NCBI GenBank assembly: GCA_025453395.1
Contig: JALOQK010000004.1
Coordinates: forward strand, 51,563 to 115,562
From: Candidatus Omnitrophota bacterium
GTDB taxonomy: Bacteria; Omnitrophota; Gorgyraeia; Gygaellales; Profunditerraquicolaceae
Reading direction: 5' to 3'
Length of the DNA stretch: 64,000 nucleotides
Shown here: piece after piece, positions 1-10,321 of the stretch
Numbering within the stretch: the stretch's first letter is position 1
Layout of the letters: each line of letters begins with the position of its first letter
Made by a program: the position numbers and the translations under genes
The notes under the pieces: generated by a model
Seen by the model: only the letters and a program-made list of their open reading frames with translations
What the model was told of the DNA's origin: nothing
The model's database searches: none

Positions 1-322
1 GGCGCGGCGAAAAAGCAGCTAATACCCCCAGTTTTGTGTCTTTGGTAATAGCAGAATTAAGATCTCCCTTGTATTCTCCGTCCCAACGGAAGGTCTTGCC
101 TTTTTGCTTAAGCAGAGAATCTAAAATAAGGCCTTTTTGTTTTAAGAAACCGATGTGCTTTTGGGGAAAATCCTCTCCCACAACCGCGACAAGGTTGACT
201 TTGGTAAAAAGGCGCGCGGACATGGAAAAGTGCGTTGCCGAGCCGCCTAACATCTCTAATCTTTTGCCAAAAGGAGTTTCCACTGTATCTAAAGCTACTG
301 TGCCTAAAACCACTATGCTCAT
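1..322 (-). CDS. PfkB-family carbohydrate/nucleoside kinase (3' end outside window)
   Basis: Not in ORF track. Hand translation from ATG at 322 gives MSIVVLGTVALDTVETPFGKRLEMLGGSATHFSMSA...VGEDF, the typical PfkB N-terminus. Confidence 0.85.
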   Translation of the reverse strand, partial: MSIVVLGTVALDTVETPFGKRLEMLGGSATHFSMSARLFTKVNLVAVVGEDFPQKHIGFLKQKGLILDSLLKQKGKTFRWDGEYKGDLNSAITKDTKLGVLAAFSPR

Positions 323-326
323 GTTT

Positions 327-1070
327 TTACCTCACAAATAGTAACGCAAACATCCCCATTATTATACAATAATACCCGAAATAATAAAACCGGCAAACAC
401 GTAAAAGCTTCTTCACAATGTAAAGAGCGCTTAAGCCAAAGATAAAACTGAAAATAAAACCAATGAATAACGGCAGCGCCTGATCTTGAAATCTGGCATT
501 TATATCTTTAAATTCCAGAAGCCCTGCCCCGAAAATAGCCGGCAGGGATGCCAGAAATGAAACTTTAAAGGCGTCAACCGGAGAAAAACCCCGGAATAAA
601 AGCGTGGAAATTGTTATGCCGGAACGCGAGATCCCCGGGATAACCGCGATACCCTGGGTTAAACCCAAAATAATCCCATCTTTAAAATTAATCCCCTTGC
701 TAAAAGAATGTTTTATTGCCTTAGTAGATAATAAGATTAATCCTGTAACTAATAAAGATAAGCTGGAAGCCCAGACGCAGGAGAAAAGTTTCTCTATAAA
801 ATCTTTCAGCCCTATCCCAATAACTCCAGTAACTAAAGTAACGATAAATATAAAAATGATTAATTTCTTATCCTTGAATACCCCTAAAATATCTTTAAAT
901 AAAAACACAAGAAGCGAAAGCAAAGTTCCCATATGCAAAACAACCGACAGCAGAAGCCCGGAATCTTTTAACCCCAGGATTTTTCCGAAAATAACAAGGT
1001 GCGCGGAACTACTCACCGGCAAGAATTCGGTCAACCCCTGAATAATGCCTAAAATAATGTAGTTTAACAT
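327..1070 (-). CDS. uppP: Undecaprenyl-diphosphate phosphatase
   Basis: QGLTEFLPVSSSAH and PGISRSG motifs; polytopic membrane protein. Confidence 0.95.
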   Translation of the reverse strand: MLNYIILGIIQGLTEFLPVSSSAHLVIFGKILGLKDSGLLLSVVLHMGTLLSLLVFLFKDILGVFKDKKLIIFIFIVTLVTGVIGIGLKDFIEKLFSCVWASSLSLLVTGLILLSTKAIKHSFSKGINFKDGIILGLTQGIAVIPGISRSGITISTLLFRGFSPVDAFKVSFLASLPAIFGAGLLEFKDINARFQDQALPLFIGFIFSFIFGLSALYIVKKLLRVCRFYYFGYYCIIMGMFALLFVR

Positions 1071-1684
1071 AACTTATCCAGCATCTTTTGCATTGGATCC
1101 GGCAAATCGCAAGTTAAAGATATTTTTTCATTATTAAACGGATGAATAAACTCTATGCTATAAGCGTGCAGGCATAAACGTTTGGCTTTTATTTTGAAAT
1201 CACGGCGAAAATAAAATTTAGTATCCCCTAATATCGGGCATCCGATTGCCTTAAAATGAATACGGATTTGGTTAGTCCTGCCGGTAGCTGGATAAACTTG
1301 CACCAGGTTAAAAATTCCGCTTTTCTCCAGGACTTTATATTCAGTAATGCTTCTTAAGCCTTCTATCGGCCTATCTATAACGCCTTGGGCAGTCTTGAAA
1401 TCTCCCTGGGCAAAGGCAATATAAGTTTTCTTTAACTTACGCGCGCGGAATAATTCTTCCATTTTCTCTCTAGCCAGTTTCCCGTGGGCGTAAATAATAA
1501 GCCCTGATGTATCACGGTCAAGGCGATGACATGGATAAAGATGGGAATTAGGATCGGGGAATTCCTGATTCAGGATGCCACTTAGGGTACGGGATTCTTT
1601 CTTGGCAGTAGGTACGGTCAAAAGCCCGCTTGGCTTATCTACCACAAGAAACCATTTATCATGGTAAATAACCGGAATATTCAT
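1064..1684 (-). CDS. RluA-family pseudouridine synthase
   Basis: DKPSG, HRLDRDTSG, TGRTNQIR and LHA motifs. Confidence 0.92.
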   Translation of the reverse strand: MNIPVIYHDKWFLVVDKPSGLLTVPTAKKESRTLSGILNQEFPDPNSHLYPCHRLDRDTSGLIIYAHGKLAREKMEELFRARKLKKTYIAFAQGDFKTAQGVIDRPIEGLRSITEYKVLEKSGIFNLVQVYPATGRTNQIRIHFKAIGCPILGDTKFYFRRDFKIKAKRLCLHAYSIEFIHPFNNEKISLTCDLPDPMQKMLDKLC

Positions 1685-2610
1685 CAGACGATTTGAAGCA
1701 TTAAATTAATCGCCTTTAATGAACGCGCGCGGATGTCTTCAGGAACACGCACTTCTTCTCTCATTTCTTTAAGCGCCCAAATAACTTTTTCCTGGGTAGT
1801 GCGTTTCATATTCGGGCAAACTGCTGCTTCGGTTGCCGGATAAAATTCTTTATCGGGGTTATCTTTTTTAAGCCGGTAAACCATCCCCACTTCCGTGGCC
1901 ACGATGATTTCTTTGGCCTCTGTTTCCTTGGCAAAAGAGCACATTTTGCTGGTAGATAAAACCGCATCTGACAAAGCCAATACTTCCGGCAGGCATTCAG
2001 GATGAGCGATCACCTTGGCAAAGGGATGAAATTTCTTTTCCCTTTTAATATCCTCCGGACGGATTCGCACATGGGTGGGGCAAAAACCATTCCAGGAAAT
2101 AAGCTTCTTCCCGGAAACCTTAGATGTGTGCTCTGCCAAATATTTATCCGGGACAAAGATTATTTTCTTATCCTTAAAGTGATTTACCACTGCCGCGGCG
2201 TTGGTAGAAGTACAACAAATATCCAATTCTGCTTTTACTTGAGCCGGGGTATTCACATATCCTACAACAACCGCCTCCGGGTATTTAGCGCGCAAGCCTC
2301 TTATGTCTTGGGCGGTAATCATATTGGCCATAGGGCAGGCAGCCTGTGTATCCGGCATAAGGATAGTTTTCTTCGGGCATAGTATTGAGGCAGTTTCTGC
2401 CATAAAATACACGCCGCAAAAAACAATCACATCGGCCTGGGTTTTACTGGCCTTGCGCGCCAGCTCCAGCGAATCTCCATGAAAATCTGCTATATCCTGC
2501 ACCTCAGGCAACTGATAATTGTGTGCCAGGATAACCGCGTTTCTTTTCTTCTTTAATTGTTTTATTTCCTGAGCGAAACTATCAAATTTATTCTTCATTT
2601 TCGTGGACAC
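1684..2610 (-). CDS. nadA: Quinolinate synthase
   Basis: LAHNYQ, GDSLEL, CGVYFMAE and HPEC motifs; three Fe-S Cys. Confidence 0.95.
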   Translation of the reverse strand: MSTKMKNKFDSFAQEIKQLKKKRNAVILAHNYQLPEVQDIADFHGDSLELARKASKTQADVIVFCGVYFMAETASILCPKKTILMPDTQAACPMANMITAQDIRGLRAKYPEAVVVGYVNTPAQVKAELDICCTSTNAAAVVNHFKDKKIIFVPDKYLAEHTSKVSGKKLISWNGFCPTHVRIRPEDIKREKKFHPFAKVIAHPECLPEVLALSDAVLSTSKMCSFAKETEAKEIIVATEVGMVYRLKKDNPDKEFYPATEAAVCPNMKRTTQEKVIWALKEMREEVRVPEDIRARSLKAINLMLQIV

Positions 2611-2674
2611 TTCATACCTTTCTATATTTTCCGGCGATTATAACGCAAATCACGCTTCAAAGCAAATCTTCTTT

Positions 2675-3367
2675 TTATTTCTCGCGGCTATCTTTATAGG
2701 ATAGCATAAGCATAGTGTACCCGAATACCCCGGAACCTACAATTTTAACCGGGATACGAAGCTTATCAGTAGTAATCCAAATCTTAATCTTGCGGGGAAC
2801 ACTTTCAAAGCGGTATGCCTGGAAAGTCCCAGCAGGGACTCTTATCTTTTCAATCCCGGTAAGCTTCAAGGTAAAATCCATCAAAGGCAAGCAGGCGGTG
2901 AACTGCCAAGCAGGGCTTAATTCTTTTATGCTCCTTAAATAAAACGGCAGCGCTATAGGGTTATGCACAGGAGCGGTTCTTTTTAAAACAGAAGTAGTAA
3001 CCTGATCCTTGGTTTTCTTGGAAATAGTTACCGTAAAATCTTTTTGATTGTAGTCTTCGGTTATCTGTTCATCGCTAAAACCGCTGATCTTTCTTGTCAC
3101 CCGTACCGGAAGAGAGCTTTCTTGGTCCAGATAAATGCGCTCTGTGTCATGGAAATTCACTAAATCCGTCTGGAACAAAAGGACATTTGCCTTTATGCCG
3201 TTTACTTCTTCTGCTCTAAGATGCTTTAATACACAACGGCCTAAAGACATTATCCCCATTTCCACTTTATAGGTTATTTCCTCTCCCGAATAGGCGTCAT
3301 TAATAAAAGCAAACAAACCACAGCACAACATCATCAGAATAATTAAATAAAATATTTTCTTACGCAT
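2675..3367 (-). CDS. DUF3108-like exported protein
   Basis: Signal peptide; E-x-I-x-VPAGTF and IWITTDKLRIPVKI pattern. Confidence 0.7.
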   Translation of the reverse strand: MRKKIFYLIILMMLCCGLFAFINDAYSGEEITYKVEMGIMSLGRCVLKHLRAEEVNGIKANVLLFQTDLVNFHDTERIYLDQESSLPVRVTRKISGFSDEQITEDYNQKDFTVTISKKTKDQVTTSVLKRTAPVHNPIALPFYLRSIKELSPAWQFTACLPLMDFTLKLTGIEKIRVPAGTFQAYRFESVPRKIKIWITTDKLRIPVKIVGSGVFGYTMLMLSYKDSREK

Positions 3368-3391
3368 AGAAGTTATTATACCATATTTTTA

Positions 3392-5149
3392 CTACCACTT
3401 AAGCTTTATCCCGGCCCAAATCCACCTGCCGGGCTGTTTGACATCGGATATTTGCGTATACTGGGTATCGCTGAAATTATCCACTTTCAAGAAGGGAACG
3501 ACTTCTTTTTGCTCTAAACGAAAAGTCTTAGATAACGTGAAATTGCCTAAGAAATAGCCTTCAGAATAATACCTTCTATTGTAACTTAACTCAAAAGCCC
3601 AATCGCAGGAAAAAATATTCTGGGTGAATTTTAATATCGCCTGATGCCGTAAAACATCCAAGGCATACTTGGACAGGTAGCCGTTTTGTTTCTTGTCCGG
3701 CAATATATAATTATAAGATAACTCAAAAGGCCCCTTTAAAAATAAAAAATTCGCCCCCCGGAAATCCACTCTTCCTAAATTATCCGCCTGCCAGGGTAGC
3801 GAAGAGTTTTGTCTAACCCAATCTATGAGGCTGTGCACCTTTCTTAAGAAAATACCGAAGCGGGAAGAAAAATTCTGCCCCGAATAATCAAGGTTAAAAG
3901 AAAAGTTATCTGCCTTTTCCTCTTTTAAAGAAGAATTCCCCTTGTTAGCAGAATCATTATAATAAAGTTCAGTGAAACTGGGCATGCGCACAGAACGGTC
4001 AAAAACATAATTAATTTTAAGCCTCTCCTCAATCAAAGGGTACCAGATACTAAGATTATAAGAATTCTTAAAAGCGCTTGTTTGATAATAATCCGCTCTT
4101 GCCGCCAGACTTAAAAAAAATGTCCCAAGGCTTAAATTGGCTTTTTGAGAAAAAGCCTGGCTGTTGCGGTTGTGTATGCCTAAATTGGTGGAGTCGATCT
4201 GTTCACGGGAAAAATAAACCGCTGAAGTTGAATCTATAAACCCAAGCTTATAGCGGCATGAAGAATCCAGGCCATATAAATAAGTTGTATGCCAATTGGT
4301 GTTGCCGCTTTCATGGCGCGAAAGAATAAACTTATCATCGTGCCTGCGCCAATAGAAATTGAAAGCCCATTCTCCCGGTTGAGCCTTTTTATTTAAAGAA
4401 CTCTTTAAAAGCAAAGTCCGGGTATGTTCTTCCTCTTCCGGAAAAAGATTAGAATAAAATGTGCTTGCCCCAAAATTTTTCTCCTGAAACCCAAGAAATT
4501 GGTTAAAAGAAAAATCCCCTTCTTCTTTTGACAAATAAAAAGATGCGATATGGGATTCAAAATCCGTATTGGCAGGATCTGACTTGGAGATCTTCTGCTC
4601 AAAAGAACTTCTAACCCCAAGGCCGTCTTTATTCAAGAACGATGCGGATAAAGCGTTAATAAATAGGGCGTGTTCTCCAAAGGCATTTTCCGTCTCAAAA
4701 TTATTGCCAGTTGGTTTTTTAAGCCTAAAATCAACTGCACCCGCTAATGAGCCGGCCCCGTATAAAGAAGCGCCTCCCTGTTTATAAATTCCGGTTTTCT
4801 CCAGATCAAATATAGTAAGCGGAATATCCAAATTATAATGCGCGGTCTGCGGGTCATTGATCTTTACTCCATCTAACAAAACCGCTGTCTGTTGATAACT
4901 GGCCCCATCTAAACAAAGATCCTGTTGAATGCCAAATCCTGAACGGGTGCGTAAATCCACTGCCTCTTGGCTTCTTAATGAAGATTCCAAAGAAACAGGA
5001 AAATATAAACCGCTATTTCCTGGATTAACCTTATCTTCAAAGCTTACAGAGGGATAAGTTTTCTTAACTACTGTTATTTTATCCCAGGCCAAGGCTTCAA
5101 TGCTAGATAAAAATAAGCAGGATAATACAAAAAACACAAACTTGCGCAT
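3392..5149 (-). CDS. TonB-dependent outer-membrane receptor
   Basis: Plug motifs (VLLDGVKIND, SLYGAGSLAGAVDF), beta-barrel character, C-terminal W. Start moved to ATG 5149 because the track's TTG at 5200 is a -35 box. Confidence 0.85.
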   Translation of the reverse strand: MRKFVFFVLSCLFLSSIEALAWDKITVVKKTYPSVSFEDKVNPGNSGLYFPVSLESSLRSQEAVDLRTRSGFGIQQDLCLDGASYQQTAVLLDGVKINDPQTAHYNLDIPLTIFDLEKTGIYKQGGASLYGAGSLAGAVDFRLKKPTGNNFETENAFGEHALFINALSASFLNKDGLGVRSSFEQKISKSDPANTDFESHIASFYLSKEEGDFSFNQFLGFQEKNFGASTFYSNLFPEEEEHTRTLLLKSSLNKKAQPGEWAFNFYWRRHDDKFILSRHESGNTNWHTTYLYGLDSSCRYKLGFIDSTSAVYFSREQIDSTNLGIHNRNSQAFSQKANLSLGTFFLSLAARADYYQTSAFKNSYNLSIWYPLIEERLKINYVFDRSVRMPSFTELYYNDSANKGNSSLKEEKADNFSFNLDYSGQNFSSRFGIFLRKVHSLIDWVRQNSSLPWQADNLGRVDFRGANFLFLKGPFELSYNYILPDKKQNGYLSKYALDVLRHQAILKFTQNIFSCDWAFELSYNRRYYSEGYFLGNFTLSKTFRLEQKEVVPFLKVDNFSDTQYTQISDVKQPGRWIWAGIKLKW

Positions 5150-5170
5150 AAAAAAATCCTCCGCAAAAGC

Positions 5171-5200
5171 ATTATAAAACCTCTCGCGCAGGATTGTCAA
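5171..5200 (-). promoter_or_regulatory. sigma70 promoter of the TonB receptor gene
   Basis: TTGACA (5200-5195), 18 nt, TATAAT (5176-5171). Confidence 0.7.
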
Positions 5201-5224
5201 CCAAATTATAGATTAGAGTTTACA

Positions 5225-6184
5225 TTATCGGCAATGGATAATATCCCCGGCCATGATCTTTTCTGTTATGCCGGAGTCTCTTCTGACCAATAGCCCCCCA
5301 TCATCGTCAATGTCCAAGGCCTGGCCCTGGATCTGTTTTCCTTTTAAACAGACCTTGACCCTCTTGCCTAAGGTAATATTAATATCGCGCCATTTGTCAA
5401 TAATACTCTTAAAATCGCCTTTTTGGAACAAAAGATAATTGCACTCGATCTTGCGCAGACATTCCTGTAAAAGAAGCACGCGCTCAACAGCAGTATTTGT
5501 GCAGCTTTTAAGGCAAATAGCATCCGCAACATTAGCCGGAGTATCATTAACATTAATGCCAAAACCTACAACCAAAAAATGCACCAGGTCTGCCTCCGCG
5601 CTTAACTCTGTTAATATCCCGGCCAACTTCTTATTTTTTATAAAGATATCGTTGGGCCATTTGATTTGAGCGCTAATCCCGGTTAATTCTTCTACAGCCT
5701 GACAAATACTTACTCCAATAAGAAGGGTCAAGATTGAAGTCTTGGAAGGCAAGATCTTCGGCCTTAAAATAACAGAGGCGCATATACCTTTATATTTTGG
5801 GGAAGCCCAAGATCTTCCTAAGCGGCCGCGGCCCTTGTTTTGCGCTTCCGCCAAAACAACCCCGCCCTCCGGATGGTTATCCATACCAAGCTTAATGGCC
5901 ACATCCATAGTAGAAGAAAGCGAATCATAATAATATATTTTCCTGCCGATGGTCTTGGTATTCAGGCCGTGCTTGACTTCTTGAGGGAAAAGCCGGTCCG
6001 GACAAGATATAAGCGTATAACCCAAATGCGGCACAGCTTGTATATCATATCCGGCGTCTTTAAGCTGTTGTATATGTTTCCAGAGGGCCTGGCGGCTTAT
6101 TCCCAAACGCACGCTTATTTCCTCTCCGGAAACATGTTCGCTTTTGCCTCTTAATAAATCAATTATTCTTTCTTCTGGCGTCAT
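5225..6184 (-). CDS. birA: Bifunctional biotin ligase/repressor
   Basis: N-terminal HTH (SGEEIS...WKHI), QNKGRGRLGR, KWPND, KKLAGIL. Confidence 0.95.
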   Translation of the reverse strand: MTPEERIIDLLRGKSEHVSGEEISVRLGISRQALWKHIQQLKDAGYDIQAVPHLGYTLISCPDRLFPQEVKHGLNTKTIGRKIYYYDSLSSTMDVAIKLGMDNHPEGGVVLAEAQNKGRGRLGRSWASPKYKGICASVILRPKILPSKTSILTLLIGVSICQAVEELTGISAQIKWPNDIFIKNKKLAGILTELSAEADLVHFLVVGFGINVNDTPANVADAICLKSCTNTAVERVLLLQECLRKIECNYLLFQKGDFKSIIDKWRDINITLGKRVKVCLKGKQIQGQALDIDDDGGLLVRRDSGITEKIMAGDIIHCR

Positions 6185-6984
6185 TTCCTCAAAACCTCAT
6201 TCATGCTACCGCTGCGAAAACCTAAAATATCTAAGGTAATATATTGGTAGCCTAAAGACTTAAATCTCCCGGCTATTTGTTTATTGCGCGATAAGATCAA
6301 ATCCGCTTTTCTTAAATCACACTCTATCCGGCAAAGCCTGCCATAATCTCTTACCCGCACGCAAGAAATACCTAAACTTTTTAAATAATTTTCTGCCTTA
6401 TTAATCCTGTCCAGAAGATTGCGGGTTATTTTGATCCCATAGGCAACCCGCGAAGCTAAACAAGCTAAGGTTGGCTTGTCCCAAGTAGCCAACTTTAATT
6501 TCTTGCTTAAAATCCTGACATCGCTTTTGGTTAATCCTGCCTCTTGAAGCGGAGAGCGTATTCTAAATTCCCGCTTGGCTTTATTGCCGGGACGGAAATC
6601 TTTTTTATCAGACAAATTGCTTGCGTCTAAAACAAAATTCATTTTATTTTTCCGCGCAATGCCTTTCAGCTGGGAAAAAAGCTCTTTTTTGCAGAAATAA
6701 CACCTGTTTACGGGATTAGACAAAAAATTCTTATCTTTAAACTCTCTTGTTCTAATTATTTTATGCTTTGCCTTGAATAGCCGGGCGGTTTTCTCAGCAA
6801 AAATAAGCTCTTCTTTCGGATAAGATGCTGAAACAGCTGTAACCGCTAATACATTCGCTCCAAGAGTATCAAGCGCGATTTTTAATAAAAACGTGCTATC
6901 TGTACCGCCTGAGAAAGCTACTAGCGCGCTTTTCATGCGGCAAAGGATCTGTTTAAGCTTAAGTAATTTAAGGGCCAGACTCAT
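6181..6984 (-). CDS. larE: ATP-dependent sulfur insertase, LarE family
   Basis: PP-loop AFSGGTDS, RCYFCK, DFRPG, ACLASR. Start taken at ATG 6984, just after the upstream stop. Confidence 0.88.
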   Translation of the reverse strand: MSLALKLLKLKQILCRMKSALVAFSGGTDSTFLLKIALDTLGANVLAVTAVSASYPKEELIFAEKTARLFKAKHKIIRTREFKDKNFLSNPVNRCYFCKKELFSQLKGIARKNKMNFVLDASNLSDKKDFRPGNKAKREFRIRSPLQEAGLTKSDVRILSKKLKLATWDKPTLACLASRVAYGIKITRNLLDRINKAENYLKSLGISCVRVRDYGRLCRIECDLRKADLILSRNKQIAGRFKSLGYQYITLDILGFRSGSMNEVLRK

Positions 6985-6986
6985 AT

Positions 6987-7394
6987 CTAAAAACTTACTT
7001 CCATGGCCCGCGGCGGGCAGATCTTCACGCAAAGCTCACAAGCAATGCATTTTTTATTATCAAAGTTTACCCTGTTGTCTTTGGGGTCTTTAACCAAGGC
7101 CCCCACCGGGCAAACTGACACACACACCCCGCAATGAGTGCACTTATTCTCATCGCGCACTACATCTTGGCTTAAAGGCTGGGTCTTAACCCCGCAGGCC
7201 TTCAAATATGAGATAGCTTTATCAAAATCTTCTTTGCTTCCAACAAGCTCTAAAACCATAAGCCCCTCTTGATTGGGCATAACCGATGCCTTTAGAATAT
7301 TAAACTGCAGGTTGAATTCTTTAACAAGCTTATAAACAATCGGCTGTTCCACAAGGGTCTTAGGAAAATGCAAAACTATTTTTCGTGAAACCAT
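6987..7394 (-). CDS. NIL domain plus 2x[4Fe-4S] ferredoxin (MA1822-like partner of aspartate-semialdehyde sulfurtransferase)
   Basis: FNILKA NIL motif; two CxxCxxCxxxCP motifs; adjacent to DUF39 gene. Confidence 0.85.
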   Translation of the reverse strand: MVSRKIVLHFPKTLVEQPIVYKLVKEFNLQFNILKASVMPNQEGLMVLELVGSKEDFDKAISYLKACGVKTQPLSQDVVRDENKCTHCGVCVSVCPVGALVKDPKDNRVNFDNKKCIACELCVKICPPRAMEVSF

Positions 7395-7407
7395 TGATAT
7401 TCTCCTT

Positions 7408-8610
7408 TTATTTAAACGGCTTTTCCTTTAAAGCGCGGCAGGTATACCCGGAATCTTTATCCGGAAGAGGAGCCACGCTTTCACTTAAAGCAAAATCTCC
7501 TTTTTTGATCCAGCTCTTTAATTCCTCGGCTATTTGCAAAGCGCGAAGCCGGCTGGAAAGATTTCCTGTAAGTACATCCTTACCCCTGATATTGATCTTG
7601 CCCGACTCAAGGTCAGCGTAACTTATCTGGCCTAAACTTTCCGCGATCATATTGGGATAATTCTTGCTATAATCCACAATGGAAGCGAAGATTTCATCAT
7701 CGGGCACTCCGGCAGAAGCCATCACCTGTTCATCCAATACCGGTATGGGAACGCCTATCCCCACAGCTAAACTGACTCCATACCCAAGCATGCTAACCCC
7801 CACAAGCCACTTAGGCCTCATCTTTTTTAAATCTCCGATCACCGCCAAGGTCCCAGCCGGCACACAAGTTATTCCGTTGGGCAGACGCTTGGCAATTGGA
7901 TTATGCTGTGTCCCCTGCCAGCTTACATAACCAACCCCTCCGCCTAAGAATATTTTTGTGCCGATACCAATAGTGCGGTAATTGGGGTCTTTAAGAAGCG
8001 GCGACAATTCTCCGGCAGAGCAATAATTAGCGTTCCCGATCTTTGGTTTTAACATCCCCATATAGGTATAAATCGTCTTATCTGAAAGATTAACCGCAAC
8101 ATTATAATTTTGGTAACAATTACGGATATTAAAAAGAACTGCCTCATTAATATCTTTTAAATTAATAAAAGTCTTGATTTCCTTGCGCGGATAACAATCT
8201 GTGCCATAGGCATAGGCTTCCAGCTTCACATCTTTTCCTGCAACAAGCTCATGAATGACATGCGCTCCGCCGTATTTAAATTCCCCGGGGAATACTTTAT
8301 TGCGCGGGTCATCCTCGGGCAAGGCAGTTGCCCCTAATAGAATATCTACCGCGGCAAAACCCGTATAACAAGGCACTTCATTTAAATCGCAACTTCCCCC
8401 TCCTATTTTGATCCGCGGCTTGCAGTGGCCGATATTAAAGTAGGCTGCGGAAGAACACATCGGTCCAAAGGTGCCGGTAGTGACCACATCCACTTCTTGA
8501 GAAGCTTTTTTCGCGCCTTTTTTACGCACCAATTGCACCGCTTCTTTGGCGGTAATAACTACCACCTGGCCTTTTTTTATTTTCTCATTTATTTCTTTTA
8601 TCGTCTTCAT
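7408..8610 (-). CDS. DUF39 homocysteine biosynthesis protein (L-aspartate semialdehyde sulfurtransferase, MA1821-like, no CBS tail)
   Basis: KTIKEINEKI, VDVVTTGTFGPMCSS, GTDCYPR, RNCYQNY, TIGIGTKIFLGG, GTQHNP. Confidence 0.9.
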   Translation of the reverse strand: MKTIKEINEKIKKGQVVVITAKEAVQLVRKKGAKKASQEVDVVTTGTFGPMCSSAAYFNIGHCKPRIKIGGGSCDLNEVPCYTGFAAVDILLGATALPEDDPRNKVFPGEFKYGGAHVIHELVAGKDVKLEAYAYGTDCYPRKEIKTFINLKDINEAVLFNIRNCYQNYNVAVNLSDKTIYTYMGMLKPKIGNANYCSAGELSPLLKDPNYRTIGIGTKIFLGGGVGYVSWQGTQHNPIAKRLPNGITCVPAGTLAVIGDLKKMRPKWLVGVSMLGYGVSLAVGIGVPIPVLDEQVMASAGVPDDEIFASIVDYSKNYPNMIAESLGQISYADLESGKINIRGKDVLTGNLSSRLRALQIAEELKSWIKKGDFALSESVAPLPDKDSGYTCRALKEKPFK

Positions 8611-8636
8611 TTTTAAATACTTCCTTTTTTAGAAAG

Positions 8637-8858
8637 TTAAACCGATTGAACCTCTTTTATCCCGGGGACTTGCTCTTTAAGCATTTTTTCAATTCCCATT
8701 TTTAGAGTAATCTGGCTCATCGGGCAACAACCGCAAGCTCCGGTAAGCCTTAGTTTAACTATGCCATCTGCGGTTACATCTACCAATGACACATCCCCGC
8801 CATCCGCTTGAAGCATGGGACGCACATTTTTTAAAGCCTGTTCAATTTTTTCCTTCAT
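8637..8858 (-). CDS. NifU-C/NfuA-type Fe-S carrier
   Basis: RPMLQADGGD...GACGCCPMS; AGGAGG SD before ATG 8858. Confidence 0.92.
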   Translation of the reverse strand: MKEKIEQALKNVRPMLQADGGDVSLVDVTADGIVKLRLTGACGCCPMSQITLKMGIEKMLKEQVPGIKEVQSV

Positions 8859-8888
8859 TTGCAACCTCCTTTAAGCGCAGGGTGTTAG

Positions 8889-9812
8889 TTATACCTGTAA
8901 AAGTTCGGTACTCAAATACCTCTCTGCGGTATCCGGGAAAATAACTACAATAAGTTTTCCTTTATTTTCTTTGCGCCTTGCCAGATTCAGGCCGGCAACA
9001 AGGCTGGCTCCGGAAGAAATCCCGGACAAAATCCCCTCTTTTAACGCCAAATCCCTGGAAGCATGAAAAGCTTCTTCATTGGTAACCTTGATAATCTCAT
9101 CCACAAGTTTCAAATCCAAAACCTCTGGGACAAAACCCGCTCCAATACCCTGTATCTTATGCGCGCCCGCGGGCTCTCCGGATAAAACCGCAGAAGAAGC
9201 CGGTTCTACCGCCACAATCTTAATACTTTTCTTTTTCTCCTTTAAAGCCCTGGCGCAACCTGTAATTGTGCCTCCGGTACCTACTCCAGCAACCAATATA
9301 TCTATTTTACCTTCTGTATCGCGCCAGATCTCTTGGGCGGTGGTATCAAAGTGCGCCTTTGGGTTAGACGGATTATTAAACTGCCCCAGCATAATATAAT
9401 TTTTGTGCGCTGCAACTAAATCTTCCGCTTTTTTCACCGCCCCAGACATACCCTTATCGCCAGCAGTTAAAATGATCTGAGCGCCTAAGAAACTTAAAAG
9501 CTTGCGCCTTTCTATGCTCATCGTCTCAGGCATAACTAAAATAAGTTTCAGGGCCTTGACTGCACAAACAAAAGCTAAAGCAATTCCGGTATTCCCGGAA
9601 GTAGGCTCAACAATCACCGTGTCCTTCTTGATCCTGCCAGCCTTGAGAGCGTCCTCGATCATTGCCTTACCGATACGATCTTTTACCGAGGAGCAAGGAT
9701 TAAAAAATTCAAGCTTTGCCGCTACTTGCGCACCTGTACCAGCTGTTACCCTGTTCAGCCTTACAAGCGCAGTATTACCAACAAGCTCTATAATATCCTT
9801 GGCTATTTTCAT
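8889..9812 (-). CDS. cysK: Cysteine synthase A
   Basis: [32 protein letters not shown]. Confidence 0.96.
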   Translation of the reverse strand: MKIAKDIIELVGNTALVRLNRVTAGTGAQVAAKLEFFNPCSSVKDRIGKAMIEDALKAGRIKKDTVIVEPTSGNTGIALAFVCAVKALKLILVMPETMSIERRKLLSFLGAQIILTAGDKGMSGAVKKAEDLVAAHKNYIMLGQFNNPSNPKAHFDTTAQEIWRDTEGKIDILVAGVGTGGTITGCARALKEKKKSIKIVAVEPASSAVLSGEPAGAHKIQGIGAGFVPEVLDLKLVDEIIKVTNEEAFHASRDLALKEGILSGISSGASLVAGLNLARRKENKGKLIVVIFPDTAERYLSTELLQV

Positions 9813-9816
9813 CTTT

Positions 9817-10263
9817 TTAGATTTGATAGGTTAGATTAATATTGCCTTTTTTCTTATAATAATCTTTTGCTAATTGCTCAAAATTAACATTGTCTACTAC
9901 CTGGGCTATCTTGCGGCTTATCGCCTGCCATACCGGGCGAAAAACACATTTCCTGATGTCATTGCACCCACTATAAGAGGAACTTACACAGGCAATCGGC
10001 TCAACCGGCCCGTCAATAAAACGCACCACATCCCCTAAGGTTATTTTGGAGGGGTGCTTTGCAAGGCTGTACCCTCCGATCTTGCCCCTTTGACTTTGCA
10101 CAAATCCCCCGCGCTTTAAATCCAAAAGTATTTGCTCAAGGAATTTTACCGGGATATCCGCCTGGCAAGCAAGTTCCGAGATAGTCACCGGTTTTTTCCC
10201 GTAAGAAGCAACCAGTATAAGAATTGTTTTTAAGGCGTAATCGCCTTTATAGGTTATGCGCAT
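9817..10263 (-). CDS. Rrf2-family regulator (CymR/IscR-like)
   Basis: [21 protein letters not shown], three C-terminal Cys; directly upstream of cysK. Confidence 0.9.
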   Translation of the reverse strand: MRITYKGDYALKTILILVASYGKKPVTISELACQADIPVKFLEQILLDLKRGGFVQSQRGKIGGYSLAKHPSKITLGDVVRFIDGPVEPIACVSSSYSGCNDIRKCVFRPVWQAISRKIAQVVDNVNFEQLAKDYYKKKGNINLTYQI

Positions 10264-10275
10264 TTTCTCTATAAT

Positions 10276-10321
10276 CTCTATTAGCTTAGTAGAGTATAGT
10301 CTAAAAAATAATATTTGTCAA
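10276..10321 (-). promoter_or_regulatory. sigma70 promoter with overlapping inverted-repeat operator for the Rrf2-cysK operon
   Basis: TTGACA (10321-10316), 17 nt, TATACT (10298-10293). CTCTA-N9-TAGAG dyad at 10276-10294. Confidence 0.7.

Noticed and set aside
5150-5224. Cobalamin riboswitch before the TonB receptor
   Set aside because: The promoter lies about 20 nt from the start codon, leaving no room, and no B12 box is seen.
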